Virus record (IMG/VR): IMGVR_UViG_3300020045_003684
Coordinates: 1 to 27,961 of that record
Origin: a virus
Taxonomy: Duplodnaviria > Caudoviricetes
Length of the DNA stretch: 27,961 nucleotides
Reading direction: 5' to 3' (one strand)
Below the pieces are notes generated by a model. The model did no database searches. It saw nothing but the letters and a program-made list of their open reading frames with translations, and was not told the DNA's origin. A program made the position numbers and the translations under genes. Below are positions 7,595 through 18,014 of the stretch, in pieces; within the stretch, counting starts at the first letter, position 1, and every line of letters starts with the position of its first letter.

Positions 7595-10470
7595 GCAAAA
7601 TATCGAAGCTAATAAACAAGTTCAATTCCGGTGAATTGTCGAAACTTGTTCACTCTCGCGTTGATTTTAATAAGCGCGAAGGCGGCGCTGCTGTACTCGA
7701 AAACTTCATACCTTTAATTCAGGGGCCGATAACTTCACGGTCTGGCACTGTTTACTGCGCATCATCTTTTAATAACCGTTGCGGGCTTATTCCTTTCGAG
7801 TATTCTGTAGATCAGGCGTACATGATTGAAGTGTCTGCCAATATGTTCCGGTACATAAAGAATCATGCAATTATCACTCGTACTGTTGGGACGGCTACTG
7901 CTTATGCGAAAAGTACAAATTCTGCTGTTTCCAGTATTACTGCGGCGACTCCTTCTGTTGTTACTCTTGCTGCCGGTCACACAATATCCGCAAACGATCA
8001 TTTTTCATTTTCCGGTGTCGGTGGCACTCAAGCTGCTTATTTGAACAATAAGGCATTTATTGCGCAAACTGTTGACGCTACACATATCAACACATTTAAA
8101 AGAAACGCGCAAGAATCAACGGTTACTGCTACTTACGGGTTTCCTGCAACATACACATATACAGCCGCGTCAGATTTCGTTATTAAAGGGCCGCGATTTA
8201 CTCTTGCCGCGCACGGACTGATAACAGGCGATGTTGTATTGCTATCTGGCATTACAGGTGGCGGAGATTTGGCAACTGCGTTAAATTCAGCATATTACCG
8301 TGTAATGAAAGTTGATGCTGATAATTTTGATCTGTTTACACTAACGTCCGGCGGCGCTGTTGATACTTCTGCTATTGCGGACACAACTATTACTGGTAAT
8401 GTATTTACTTGGGTTGGTACATGGCACCCGTATTCACAAACTGATTTATTCCCTACCGCTACGCCTTCAATAATGGCGCTTGGGTATACTCAATCAACTA
8501 ATACTTTGTTTTTGGCTAATAAAGCTAAAGTGCAAATGACACTAACAAGGTCGGATGATGATTCTTGGGTCTACGCTCCTTATCGCACTTATGATGGGCC
8601 TTATCTAAACAATAACATCACCACAACTACAATGGTTGTTACTGCTGGAACTGATGACTTGGTAGCATCCGCTGTTACAGGGGTGAATGACGGTGCAGGA
8701 TTTACGCAAGATGATGTAGGTCGTGATATTCGCGTATTGATAACATCCACTGCATCCGCATGGGCGTATGGAACGATTGTTGCCGTGAAAAGCACTACCA
8801 CAGCCGATATTGCTATTGAGGCGGCTTCTGGGACTATCGGGTATTTATCAGGTGTTCGCACTTGGCGTTTAGGTGTCTGGGGTGGAACAAACGGCTATCC
8901 ATCTACAGTGTCTTTTTATCAGGATAGATTGTGCTGGAGCGGCAGAACTGCTTATCCAGAACGTGTAGATATGTCCATGAGCGGAGTGTATAACCGCTAT
9001 AACCCGACATCACCAAACCCTGATATTGCTGTTACTGACGCAATGACTTACTGCTTTGGCTTATCACAAGATGCCACTGATGAATGCGCTATTTCTATTT
9101 CACTGCTATCAAATGAAGTGAATTATATCCGCTGGATTGCTGGCACTGAAAAAGGGCTTGTCATTGGTACTGCCGGTGGTGAGTGGCTTGTATCAGCATC
9201 ACAAGGTGCTGCCCTCACGCCAACAAACGCATCCGCTGTGCTTATTGCGCCTTATGGAAGCGCACCTATACAGCCTGTAAGGATAAGCTCCGGCTTAATA
9301 CATGCGCAAAGATCATGCAAAAAAGCTCGCGCATTGTCACACGCTGAAACTGTTGATGGATATTCGTCTACGGATATTACTTTATCGTCTGAACATATTT
9401 TAGATTCCGGCGTATGCTCTATGACTTACCAAAAAGAACCTTGGTCAGTTATATGGATGGTGCGTGACGATGGTGTTCTGGCTTCATGTACCTATGATGA
9501 ATCTGAATCAGCTCTAGGATGGGCGCGTCATACTATTGCGCCTTATGTCGGCCCATCATCTACTGCTTTTGTCGAGTGTGTTGCATCTATTCCTGATCCT
9601 GCCGGTGATAGAAACGATGTATACATGATTGTTAAAAGAATTTATAGCGGCGTAACTACAAGAACAATTGAGTATTTTGGTCGTGAATTTATCACTGATT
9701 ATGAGTCTGGAATCATGGATTCCGTCTGCCTTGATGCCTCATACACGGTATCGGATACATCATCTAACACTATTACGGCCTCATGGCTGGCAAGCAAGAT
9801 AGCAACCGTGGTGGCTGACGGGCAAGAGTTTGATTCTCTTACCGGAAACGGGTCTGGTGTGTTTGCGGTTACTGGTGGTTTGGCTTATAGAAACCTGTGT
9901 GTTGGCGCGCCATTTACCGCTAAATATGAAGGACTTGAGATATTACCTACAGGTGACCGTGCGCCTCAAGGAGTGGGCAAAATCAAGCGCCTTAATCAGG
10001 CTGTCATTAAGCTATATAAATCGCTGTACGGGCGTATGGGACGGCATACCGATCATGTTGATTTGATACCAAGGTTTACAACAAAGATAATTTCTGGAAT
10101 ATCAATTTCTACTGTTGGCATTATAACCACCACCACTCCGCATGGCTTCAAAACTGGCGATATTGTTTTGATATACGGCATAGTTGGTACAGCGGGGACG
10201 GATGCTTCTGGCGGGCTGAATGGCGAAACGTATAAAGTGTCTTATGTTTCCGGCACAACATTCTCGCTGCGAACAATGGCAGGCGTTATTGTGCCAACTA
10301 CAGGAAAGGCGTACACAGGCGGCGGGTCTGTTTTACAAGTGTGTAACGGATACCGCGAAATGGGCTTCCCGGGCGATTTTGACCGCGGCGCTCAAGTGTG
10401 TATTGAGCAACGTGATCCGTTTCCGATGACTGTTGTATCGGTTACAATAGACCTAGATACGAAGGAATAG
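7591..10470 (+). CDS. Tail tubular protein B (T7 gp12-like nozzle) with three inserted small beta domains
   Basis: ATG 7591 overlaps the upstream TGA. Motifs FNSGELS, ENFIPLIQGP..RSGT, GYPSTVSFYQDRL, LVIGTAGGEW, YQKEP.SVIWMVRDDG, GWARH and PFPMTVVSV. Confidence 0.9.
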   Translation: MSKISKLINKFNSGELSKLVHSRVDFNKREGGAAVLENFIPLIQGPITSRSGTVYCASSFNNRCGLIPFEYSVDQAYMIEVSANMFRYIKNHAIITRTVGTATAYAKSTNSAVSSITAATPSVVTLAAGHTISANDHFSFSGVGGTQAAYLNNKAFIAQTVDATHINTFKRNAQESTVTATYGFPATYTYTAASDFVIKGPRFTLAAHGLITGDVVLLSGITGGGDLATALNSAYYRVMKVDADNFDLFTLTSGGAVDTSAIADTTITGNVFTWVGTWHPYSQTDLFPTATPSIMALGYTQSTNTLFLANKAKVQMTLTRSDDDSWVYAPYRTYDGPYLNNNITTTTMVVTAGTDDLVASAVTGVNDGAGFTQDDVGRDIRVLITSTASAWAYGTIVAVKSTTTADIAIEAASGTIGYLSGVRTWRLGVWGGTNGYPSTVSFYQDRLCWSGRTAYPERVDMSMSGVYNRYNPTSPNPDIAVTDAMTYCFGLSQDATDECAISISLLSNEVNYIRWIAGTEKGLVIGTAGGEWLVSASQGAALTPTNASAVLIAPYGSAPIQPVRISSGLIHAQRSCKKARALSHAETVDGYSSTDITLSSEHILDSGVCSMTYQKEPWSVIWMVRDDGVLASCTYDESESALGWARHTIAPYVGPSSTAFVECVASIPDPAGDRNDVYMIVKRIYSGVTTRTIEYFGREFITDYESGIMDSVCLDASYTVSDTSSNTITASWLASKIATVVADGQEFDSLTGNGSGVFAVTGGLAYRNLCVGAPFTAKYEGLEILPTGDRAPQGVGKIKRLNQAVIKLYKSLYGRMGRHTDHVDLIPRFTTKIISGISISTVGIITTTTPHGFKTGDIVLIYGIVGTAGTDASGGLNGETYKVSYVSGTTFSLRTMAGVIVPTTGKAYTGGGSVLQVCNGYREMGFPGDFDRGAQVCIEQRDPFPMTVVSVTIDLDTKE

Positions 10471-10472
10471 TT

Positions 10473-11006
10473 ATGGCTGCATTATTCGGTAATTACAATC
10501 CTTATATGGATAGCAAATATGGCGTTAAACCCAGCAAATTCCAGTTCTGGAATGATGGGGTGGGCGACAATTCCAGTCGTATTCAGGAATTGAAAACCGG
10601 CGTGTCAAAGGGTCAATATGCCGGTGCGCTAAAAGCTGGATTAACGGGCTTTTCTGAATCCGTCACTGGTACGCAAAATGCCGGTATTTCAGAGATGCAA
10701 GCACAGTCTCTTGAGGGGATGGGCAATCAAGCCGCTATACGGTCACACAAGGAAAGCGGTCAGGTTATTGGTAATCAGATAGCCAGCCAAGGCGCAAGCG
10801 GTCTGCAAATGTCTGGATCGGCTCTTGATGCGCTCAATGAATCCTATCGTGAATCTGAATATGATGCCTACCTGAAAAAGCAAGCATACACGGTTGAGGC
10901 TTCTGCTAAAAAGATACAGGGAATGCGTGACAAGGTTTCCAGTGTTTCTGGATTGTTGTCAGGCTTTGCTGGCGCTGCACAAGCAATGAGTTCAAGCAAT
11001 GCCTAG
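10473..11006 (+). CDS. Internal virion (ejection) protein, gp14-like
   Basis: Gly/Ala/Ser/Gln-rich with GNQIASQGASGLQMSGSALD; positioned after the nozzle. Confidence 0.7.
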   Translation: MAALFGNYNPYMDSKYGVKPSKFQFWNDGVGDNSSRIQELKTGVSKGQYAGALKAGLTGFSESVTGTQNAGISEMQAQSLEGMGNQAAIRSHKESGQVIGNQIASQGASGLQMSGSALDALNESYRESEYDAYLKKQAYTVEASAKKIQGMRDKVSSVSGLLSGFAGAAQAMSSSNA

Positions 11007-12930
11007 AATCACTACTTATCAATCTAGCGCTGCACCGCAAACCACTACGGCGGTTGATCGTGCGCAAAACTACGGCATCGGTATTATCGGGGATATTCTT
11101 GACCAGATAAAACAAACTGATGCGCGTGATAAGCTGATCCGTGACAAGCAATGGGTTATCGGCAAAACGATTGAATTCAAGCAAGAGCAGCTTAAAAAAC
11201 AGCAAGAGCTTGAAATGTCTGCCGGTGCTGGCGCTGACGGTCATGCTGAACGCGTTGCCGCTCAATACGATACCGATGTTGACCAATGGGTAAATAGCAA
11301 TGACGCGCCAAGCGAAGATGCACGCATGGCGTTTAAAACCCATCTTCAGGATTATGGTCTTGGAATAAAGTCTAATGCCTATCAATTCCAGTCTACCGAG
11401 TCTGCACGGTATTCGCACGAAACTGTATTGAACAGCATCAACACGCTTGGCAATCAGCTAACCACTAACCCTGAAACCTATGATGATGTTATGAAATCGT
11501 CACAGGATATGGTTGCTACATTGCGCGGCAAGATACCTGAATCCAAGATACTTGAAATCCAGAACGATGCTGCCGGTGTATTGAATTGGGCGGCATCTTC
11601 AGGGCGCATGAAAAAGAATCCGTATCAAGAATTGGCTATGCTTAATTCCGGTCAAATGGATGACAAGTTTAGCATTGAAAAAAAACAGTCTTTAATCAAT
11701 GCCGCTGAAGCTGAAATTCGCGGACGTGAAGCTGATGCCAAACAAGCACAAGCCCAGCAGTATCAGGCGTTTAATTCTGATCTTGAGATAAGAGCAATCA
11801 AGGGTGATTTGCCAATCAACGAAATTGAGGCGCTGTATCATTCCGGTAAACTGCGTCCAGAGGATAGAGCGCAATATACCCGCGCTGCATTGTCAGGAAT
11901 TGAAGGAAAGGAAAAGAAAGCAGAATCACTGATGATGGGTAATGCTTTTATTCGTGGTGAAGCTGTGGCTAACCCATACAGCACGGATCATGTAAATTCA
12001 GTGAACGATATTACCGATTCCACTATCAGGGCAATGAGCGAGAGCGGGAAAAGCTCAAGGGAAATAATGTCTGCTGTCAATGGTATTTCAGTAAAAACAG
12101 GAATCGTGCCAAAAGCTGCTGTGAATTTTATTGAAGGCGGGTTGATGAATAGCAATGACCCTGAAATTATTGTCAATTCAGCTAATGCGCTTATTGATAC
12201 GGTTGCTAAAAACCCTGTTACGCAAAACTCGTTTAACGAGAAGGCGCGTACAAAAGCACACTTGGTTCAAACGCTTACCACTTATATGACGCCTGAACAA
12301 GCTGTAACCAAAGCTAATGAGCTTTTCTATCAGGATGATAGTGTCAAGGCTGAACGCAAGCAGAATATCGAAAAGATCGAGGCTGAAACGAAAAAGAATA
12401 ATGGTGATTTTGGCTTTGAAAAATGGTATGGAAACGAATTTGATGAAGGCTTTTTTGATATGGGCGCAAGCCCTGCCACCGCTGGATTAAAGCAGCAATA
12501 CATGGATGCTGTTCGCGTAGCGTATCAAGATACCGGAAACATGGAAACATCCGTAAATATCGTGCAATCAAAAATGAAAGGCAATATTGGGTATTCATCT
12601 GTTGGCGGCACTAGAAAGCTGACAATGCACCCGCCTGAAAGGTTCTATTCACTACCAATGGATACGCCTGAAAAAACAACTGAATGGCAGACTGACCAGT
12701 TAGCGTCTTTTGCGTTAAGTCGTGGATTCAAGAATTACCAAAGGATTGAAGTCTCTCCGCATAATACCTTGAAATACGGTAAAGACGGAATGCCAAACTA
12801 CAAGATAACCGTCATTGATGAAAGCGGTATTCCAGTGATTGTGCGTGATGGTAATCAGCCTGCTGTTTGGCGACCAAACACAGAATTTGAATACAAGAAA
12901 AGATTTAGTCATGCAAAGGCGGCTAAATAA
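10999..12930 (+). CDS. Internal virion (ejection) protein, gp15-like
   Basis: 643-aa helical protein starting MPRITTY; second of three ejection-protein positions. Confidence 0.65.
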   Translation: MPRITTYQSSAAPQTTTAVDRAQNYGIGIIGDILDQIKQTDARDKLIRDKQWVIGKTIEFKQEQLKKQQELEMSAGAGADGHAERVAAQYDTDVDQWVNSNDAPSEDARMAFKTHLQDYGLGIKSNAYQFQSTESARYSHETVLNSINTLGNQLTTNPETYDDVMKSSQDMVATLRGKIPESKILEIQNDAAGVLNWAASSGRMKKNPYQELAMLNSGQMDDKFSIEKKQSLINAAEAEIRGREADAKQAQAQQYQAFNSDLEIRAIKGDLPINEIEALYHSGKLRPEDRAQYTRAALSGIEGKEKKAESLMMGNAFIRGEAVANPYSTDHVNSVNDITDSTIRAMSESGKSSREIMSAVNGISVKTGIVPKAAVNFIEGGLMNSNDPEIIVNSANALIDTVAKNPVTQNSFNEKARTKAHLVQTLTTYMTPEQAVTKANELFYQDDSVKAERKQNIEKIEAETKKNNGDFGFEKWYGNEFDEGFFDMGASPATAGLKQQYMDAVRVAYQDTGNMETSVNIVQSKMKGNIGYSSVGGTRKLTMHPPERFYSLPMDTPEKTTEWQTDQLASFALSRGFKNYQRIEVSPHNTLKYGKDGMPNYKITVIDESGIPVIVRDGNQPAVWRPNTEFEYKKRFSHAKAAK

Positions 12931-15900
12931 TGGAACCAATTACTGACTTGGCACAAGTAGGATCGAATCTATCTGCTGAAAATCAGCAAGGTTTTTCTGG
13001 ACTTGTTGCGCCTATCGAAACAGCTCCGCAAGAATCGTTCAATACAATGGATTGGGTTGATTCTGTTTGGCAGACGGGGAATAGTGTTCGCGCTGGGCTT
13101 GGGTATTACGGCTCAATAACCGACAATGAGCATATCCCTGATGTGCCTGAAGAAAATATGTTTCAGTCACTCAAGCCGTATGCTGGATATTTAGACAGGT
13201 TTGAAGGCGTAACATCTGCGCGTGAAGTGCAGCAAATAAAAACCCGCATTGATAACGAAATGCTTAATGGCAGGGTAATGTCTACGCATGGGTTTTGGTC
13301 TAATCTGTTGATGACCGTTCCCGCTGCTTTAGGTGATCCGCTTAATCTTATTGGTTTAGGTGAAGCCGCTGCAATACCAAAAGCTATCAATGCTGTCAGG
13401 ATTGCTGAAGCTGGCGCTCAAGCTACTCGCTTTGCTGCTGGCGCTGCACGGATTGCTGCTGAAATGACACCTTCTACGCTTGCTATTTACGCATCTACTG
13501 AAACACAAACGCCTGCTGATCTTGCGCTTAACTACTCTTTAGGGCTTGGGCTTGCAGGAATGATACATTCTATCCCGCATATCCGCGCAAGAATGGATGC
13601 TAATGGCGTTACTCTTGATGATACCGCTGTTGCCGCTACTCACATGATTAACACTGAAAAGTCTATGGGCGCTGCAATGTCGCGTTCTGGTTCAGGATCA
13701 GGAATTGATATACAAATTGAAGGGCGCACCAATGAACAGCTTTTAGCCGATATGGAAGTTGTTGGCGAAAAATACATAAAGAGAACAGGGCAGCAATGGA
13801 TTGACCCGCTTTTCCGTGCGCAAACTTCTGTTGGGTCAGGAACAGCAAGAGCTGCTGCTGCTGCGTTAAATGATTCGCACCTGATGACAAAAGAAATGCT
13901 CCCGACTGTTGACGAAAATGGACAGATAACAGACTGGGGTAGAGAGAAGCAGGTATCTGTACAGGCGATAGCGCGTAGTTTTATCGGGGCGCACGAATCT
14001 GCTGTTACTGACATGAAAGGGCTGTATCAGGCATACAGGGTGTCTAAAGGCGCTTCTGCACCTAACTCCCATGTCGTGACTGTTGTTGGTGATTTTGTGA
14101 CTAGACCGCAAGGGCTTTTAACGATTGATGAATTTTCAGAGCGCGTAGGAAAGGCGTTAAGAAATAGCGACACAGCTATAAAGTCGAATGATGCTCTTGC
14201 TGACAAATATGTGACTGAATCCGCTAAAGCATTCAGAACGAAAGTGTATAACCCTATCTTTGAGCGGGCGCAATATGCGGGGTTGGTTGATGATGATATT
14301 ACTCTTTCTACTGCAAGCTCGTACCTGAATCGTATTTATGATGTTGATGCGATAGTGGCTAACCGTGCTGGATTCTCACAAAAGATTTCAAACTACCTTG
14401 CTGGCAAGCAAAATGAAGTGCGTGAATTTTATCCTAAATTAGTGGATGAGCTGAAAAAGCTGTATGACACTGAATCAGGCTTGAATGAAAAGATCAAAGC
14501 TAACGATGCTGAAATTCAGAAGATTAACGAAAAGAATATGATGGTTACTGCATCGGTAGCCAAGCTGCGTACTGACCCTGAAAAACTGGCATCTGATATT
14601 GCACAGGTTGAGCAGCAAATAAAACTTGCCGACTACGCGCAAAAGAAAACCAGCAAAACCCTTCAGTCTCAAAAAGTCGCTATTGACAAGGCCGAACAAA
14701 ATCTTATCGACACGCAAAAGGCTACTGACGAATTTATCAAAACATCACCTGATTCAGCGTTGCTTGATGCTGGTGTTGATAAAGCATTGAGAGAAATGGC
14801 TTCAGAGGAAAACCCGCATTGGTGGAATAAAGACCTTGGACAGACAGATGAAATTATCGCTGCGCTGGACAGGTTTCAGGCTGGCAAAAAAGTAAGCGCG
14901 AAACTTATGCAGCAACTAAATGACCGCGTAGGTATTGCCGAGGATTTAAAATACACAGAATACCACCCTAACGAGTCTACTCCTGCTCCAAATGTAATGG
15001 CGAAAATAGAAAAAGCCCGCGCAGAGGTAAAAGCCGCACGCGCCAAACATGCTGAAATTGTTGGCAAGGAAGATTCAGGCGTTAAGCAGAGTCGTATTGC
15101 TATGGAGCATGAGCTAACAAAGCTAAAAACCATGCAAGAGGTTATTGACAGGCAGGGTCTTGCTAAAAAGCTGGCAAAGGAAAACGAGATACACATAAAC
15201 CATATCCGCAAAATATCGCGTCAGATACTTGTCAAGCATGAAAGCAAGGATGTTGCTGAAAACCTTATGGAAGGCAATATTCAAAAGCTGACTGATGAAA
15301 TTTTCCACAAGATAACCAAAACTGGTGGCAGAATATCAAGCGGCTTTGACGATGGTATCGGCGCTAGAGGCGCTGCACTTGATCGTACTTTAGGCATTCA
15401 GGATGTTGAGCTTGAGGACTTCCTGATAAACGATGCGCGTCATGCTTCTGAACAGTATGCAAGAACATTTGGCACTGATGTTGCTATCACTGAAAAGTTC
15501 GGTGATCCGAAAATGGAAACCACTCTGAACAAGGTGAAAGCTGAATATCAGGAAAAGATGAGCGGGCTTTCAGGTGATGCGCTGCAAAAAATGAATAAGG
15601 AAATGAATCAGGTAATAAAGTCTCTTGAAGGTAACAGGGATAGATTGCGCGGTATGTATGAAATGCCTGATAGAGACAAGTGGTGGTCTGATTTAATGCA
15701 CCGTTCAGCTTTCTTTGTTAAATCGCTTAATACCTTACGGTTGATGGGCGGTACATTGGTTGCGTCTTTAGGCGACCCAATGAACATGATTATGACCTAT
15801 GGTGTTAAGTCGTTCCTAAATGACGGATTAGTGCCATTGGTTAAATCCATGAATTCCATGAAAGTCGCTAATATGTCTGCTGAAGAATTAAAGTTAGGCG

Positions 15901-16901
15901 GCACGGCTCTTGAAATTGAGCGCAGTGGAATGTGGGGCGCTATCAATGAAGTATGGGATGGCGCTGGAAGCGATACCGCTGCTGAAAGGGCGTTAAAATC
16001 AGGTGTTCGCGTGTTTGGATACGTCTCATTGGTTTCACCTTGGAATCAAATGATGAAGCGCACGGCTGGTACGTTGGTGCAAAATAACGTACTACGAAGC
16101 ATTATGAAATACGATTCGCTTACACCTGTTGAAGTGAGGAATCTTAATCAGATTGGTATTGGTAAAGACAAAGCATTGAGAATCAAAGCTCAATTAGACC
16201 GCCTCGATAGCGAAGGACATATTCTTGACCAAAGCGGCGTTATGGTTGCTATGTCTAAAAAGTGGGATGATGCGCAATTACAAGAGCATTACCGTGCTGC
16301 CATTGCGAGCGAAGTGGATAGAATCCATGTAACGCCTGGCGGTGAAAAGCCTTTGTTCATGTCTACCGGCATGGGTTCTGTAATTATGCAATTCAAGTCT
16401 TTCATTCTTTCGTCGCATCATAGAATTATCCTTGCTGGATTGCAGCGCCATGACGCTAATTTTCTTTCCGGTATTGTTGGATTAACTGGAATGGGAATGC
16501 TTATTTACAAGCTGAAAAAAGGCGATAAAACTTCTGATGATCCTGAAGTATGGGTAAGGGAGGGGCTGGATAGAGGCGGCGTGTTTGGCTGGTTTATGGA
16601 AGCTAATAACATGGTTTCAGGCGCTACGGGTGGCGCGGCTGATGTGTTCAGGGTTATCGGCGCTGAAAAGCCTGTCTCACGGTATCAGACAAGAGGGGCA
16701 TTCGGTTCTTTATTTGGCCCGTCATTCGGTGCTGGTCAGGATTCATACGGCATTATTCGTGATATTGCCAATGGTGAAGTAGATGCTTCTACAATGCATA
16801 AATCAAGAAGCCTGCTACCGTTTCAAAATCTTTTCTATGCTAAAGGCGTTCTGGATACCGCAGAAGAAAACATATCGGCTTACTTTGGCGGGCTTAACTA
16901 A
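12930..16901 (+). CDS. Large internal virion (ejection) protein, gp16-like
   Basis: 1323 aa; DPLNLIG, YLNRIYD, LEDFLIND, IMQFKSF, LFGPSFG and RSLLPFQNLFY motifs typical of this position in podoviruses. Confidence 0.75.
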   Translation: MEPITDLAQVGSNLSAENQQGFSGLVAPIETAPQESFNTMDWVDSVWQTGNSVRAGLGYYGSITDNEHIPDVPEENMFQSLKPYAGYLDRFEGVTSAREVQQIKTRIDNEMLNGRVMSTHGFWSNLLMTVPAALGDPLNLIGLGEAAAIPKAINAVRIAEAGAQATRFAAGAARIAAEMTPSTLAIYASTETQTPADLALNYSLGLGLAGMIHSIPHIRARMDANGVTLDDTAVAATHMINTEKSMGAAMSRSGSGSGIDIQIEGRTNEQLLADMEVVGEKYIKRTGQQWIDPLFRAQTSVGSGTARAAAAALNDSHLMTKEMLPTVDENGQITDWGREKQVSVQAIARSFIGAHESAVTDMKGLYQAYRVSKGASAPNSHVVTVVGDFVTRPQGLLTIDEFSERVGKALRNSDTAIKSNDALADKYVTESAKAFRTKVYNPIFERAQYAGLVDDDITLSTASSYLNRIYDVDAIVANRAGFSQKISNYLAGKQNEVREFYPKLVDELKKLYDTESGLNEKIKANDAEIQKINEKNMMVTASVAKLRTDPEKLASDIAQVEQQIKLADYAQKKTSKTLQSQKVAIDKAEQNLIDTQKATDEFIKTSPDSALLDAGVDKALREMASEENPHWWNKDLGQTDEIIAALDRFQAGKKVSAKLMQQLNDRVGIAEDLKYTEYHPNESTPAPNVMAKIEKARAEVKAARAKHAEIVGKEDSGVKQSRIAMEHELTKLKTMQEVIDRQGLAKKLAKENEIHINHIRKISRQILVKHESKDVAENLMEGNIQKLTDEIFHKITKTGGRISSGFDDGIGARGAALDRTLGIQDVELEDFLINDARHASEQYARTFGTDVAITEKFGDPKMETTLNKVKAEYQEKMSGLSGDALQKMNKEMNQVIKSLEGNRDRLRGMYEMPDRDKWWSDLMHRSAFFVKSLNTLRLMGGTLVASLGDPMNMIMTYGVKSFLNDGLVPLVKSMNSMKVANMSAEELKLGGTALEIERSGMWGAINEVWDGAGSDTAAERALKSGVRVFGYVSLVSPWNQMMKRTAGTLVQNNVLRSIMKYDSLTPVEVRNLNQIGIGKDKALRIKAQLDRLDSEGHILDQSGVMVAMSKKWDDAQLQEHYRAAIASEVDRIHVTPGGEKPLFMSTGMGSVIMQFKSFILSSHHRIILAGLQRHDANFLSGIVGLTGMGMLIYKLKKGDKTSDDPEVWVREGLDRGGVFGWFMEANNMVSGATGGAADVFRVIGAEKPVSRYQTRGAFGSLFGPSFGAGQDSYGIIRDIANGEVDASTMHKSRSLLPFQNLFYAKGVLDTAEENISAYFGGLN

Positions 16902-17437
16902 TGATTTCAGGCAGAAACAGAAAGATTGATAACTCGCACTCACATAGCCGCGAAGGAATATCATGGGCTTGCGATTTTGCAAAACTATCAGACAGCGGCA
17001 CTCTTTCCGGTACTTCTTATGAATTCACTGGAATACCCGCTACCGCTGAAATGATAAAGATTGTGTATCGCAACATATCGCTTGATGGCACTGATGAGCT
17101 TTGTTTACAGCTTGGAAACAGGGCTGGGTATATTTCATCTGGATACACTGGATACACGCGGGAAAACGTAACACATACCGCATGGGCTGCTGACATGGCG
17201 TTATTGCAAATATCAAGCCTTGCTGCATATTCGCATGTTGGCGAGATAACGCTCACGAAAATGGATGACAATATCTGGCATATCAGGGGCGACGAATTGA
17301 TATTAAGTGCTGGCACATATCCTGCGCTTGCTCTTGGTTATGTTGATGTTACTGATTATCTGACCAGTGTTAAATTATTAACAAACGGCGCAAACAGTTT
17401 TGATGCCGGTAACGCTTCACTTTATTACCTTGGATAA
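16901..17437 (+). CDS. Stand-alone tail-fibre tip-like beta domain protein
   Basis: SGTSYEFTGIPA...LQLG...ISSGY...LTSVKL...FDAGNASLYY resembles fibre C-terminal domains. Confidence 0.6.
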   Translation: MISGRNRKIDNSHSHSREGISWACDFAKLSDSGTLSGTSYEFTGIPATAEMIKIVYRNISLDGTDELCLQLGNRAGYISSGYTGYTRENVTHTAWAADMALLQISSLAAYSHVGEITLTKMDDNIWHIRGDELILSAGTYPALALGYVDVTDYLTSVKLLTNGANSFDAGNASLYYLG

Positions 17438-17448
17438 GGAGGTTCCTC

Positions 17449-17769
17449 ATGCCTGAAAAAGACTTAAATAACTATGTCAGCCTGCAGTATATATGGGTGC
17501 CTATTTTATCCATACTAGGGACTATTGTTAGTTATGCGGCAAAGGTCAAGCGCGGGGAATCAAGCTGGTCTAATATCAGAGAGGTTGTTGGCGAGCAATT
17601 CACTGGCGTTTTTGTTGGAGTTGTAACTTTTTTTGCGTGTGAGGCAAGCGGATTTCAGCCATTATGGACGGCAGTAATGGTTTCGATTACCTCTCAAATG
17701 GGGTCAAGAGCCATAGATTTATTCGAGACAATGCTTAAAAAGTTTCTTGAAAAAAGGATGGGTAAATAA
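17449..17769 (+). CDS. Holin (LydA-like)
   Basis: Three hydrophobic segments, MGSRAIDLFE motif, basic C-terminus; RBS TAAGGAGG. Confidence 0.8.
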   Translation: MPEKDLNNYVSLQYIWVPILSILGTIVSYAAKVKRGESSWSNIREVVGEQFTGVFVGVVTFFACEASGFQPLWTAVMVSITSQMGSRAIDLFETMLKKFLEKRMGK

Positions 17770-18005
17770 TGCTTATTTCAGTGGTAAAGACGGATGTTGA
17801 TGAAAAAGGCTTTGTTGGTCGACTGATGGTTGATGGAGTTTTTCAGTGTTATTTGCAGGGCGAATTACGGCAAGGCAGGATTACGGTAGGAAAGCGTGTA
17901 GGCGAGGGATGCCTAGAGCAGTCAAGGGTGGCATATACTGCGCTTTTTGATAAAATAGAGCTTGCACTTTTGCAAGGTGATAAGGTAGAGATTGAAATTA
18001 TTTAG
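17769..18005 (+). CDS. Internally deleted DUF5675-like protein
   Basis: N-terminal GRLMVDGVFQCY and C-terminal G.ITVG...SRVAYTALFDKI..A...GDKVEIEI match the two ends of DUF5675; the middle is missing. Confidence 0.55.
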   Translation: MLISVVKTDVDEKGFVGRLMVDGVFQCYLQGELRQGRITVGKRVGEGCLEQSRVAYTALFDKIELALLQGDKVEIEII

Positions 18006-18014
18006 GGGGTTGCT

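Noticed and set aside
4669-17316. Many antisense or alternate-frame ORFs in the track over the structural genes (e.g. 4950-5366, 5802-6185, 10906-11418, 13640-14014)
   Set aside because: They are shadows of well-supported + strand genes, with no motifs or convincing RBS.
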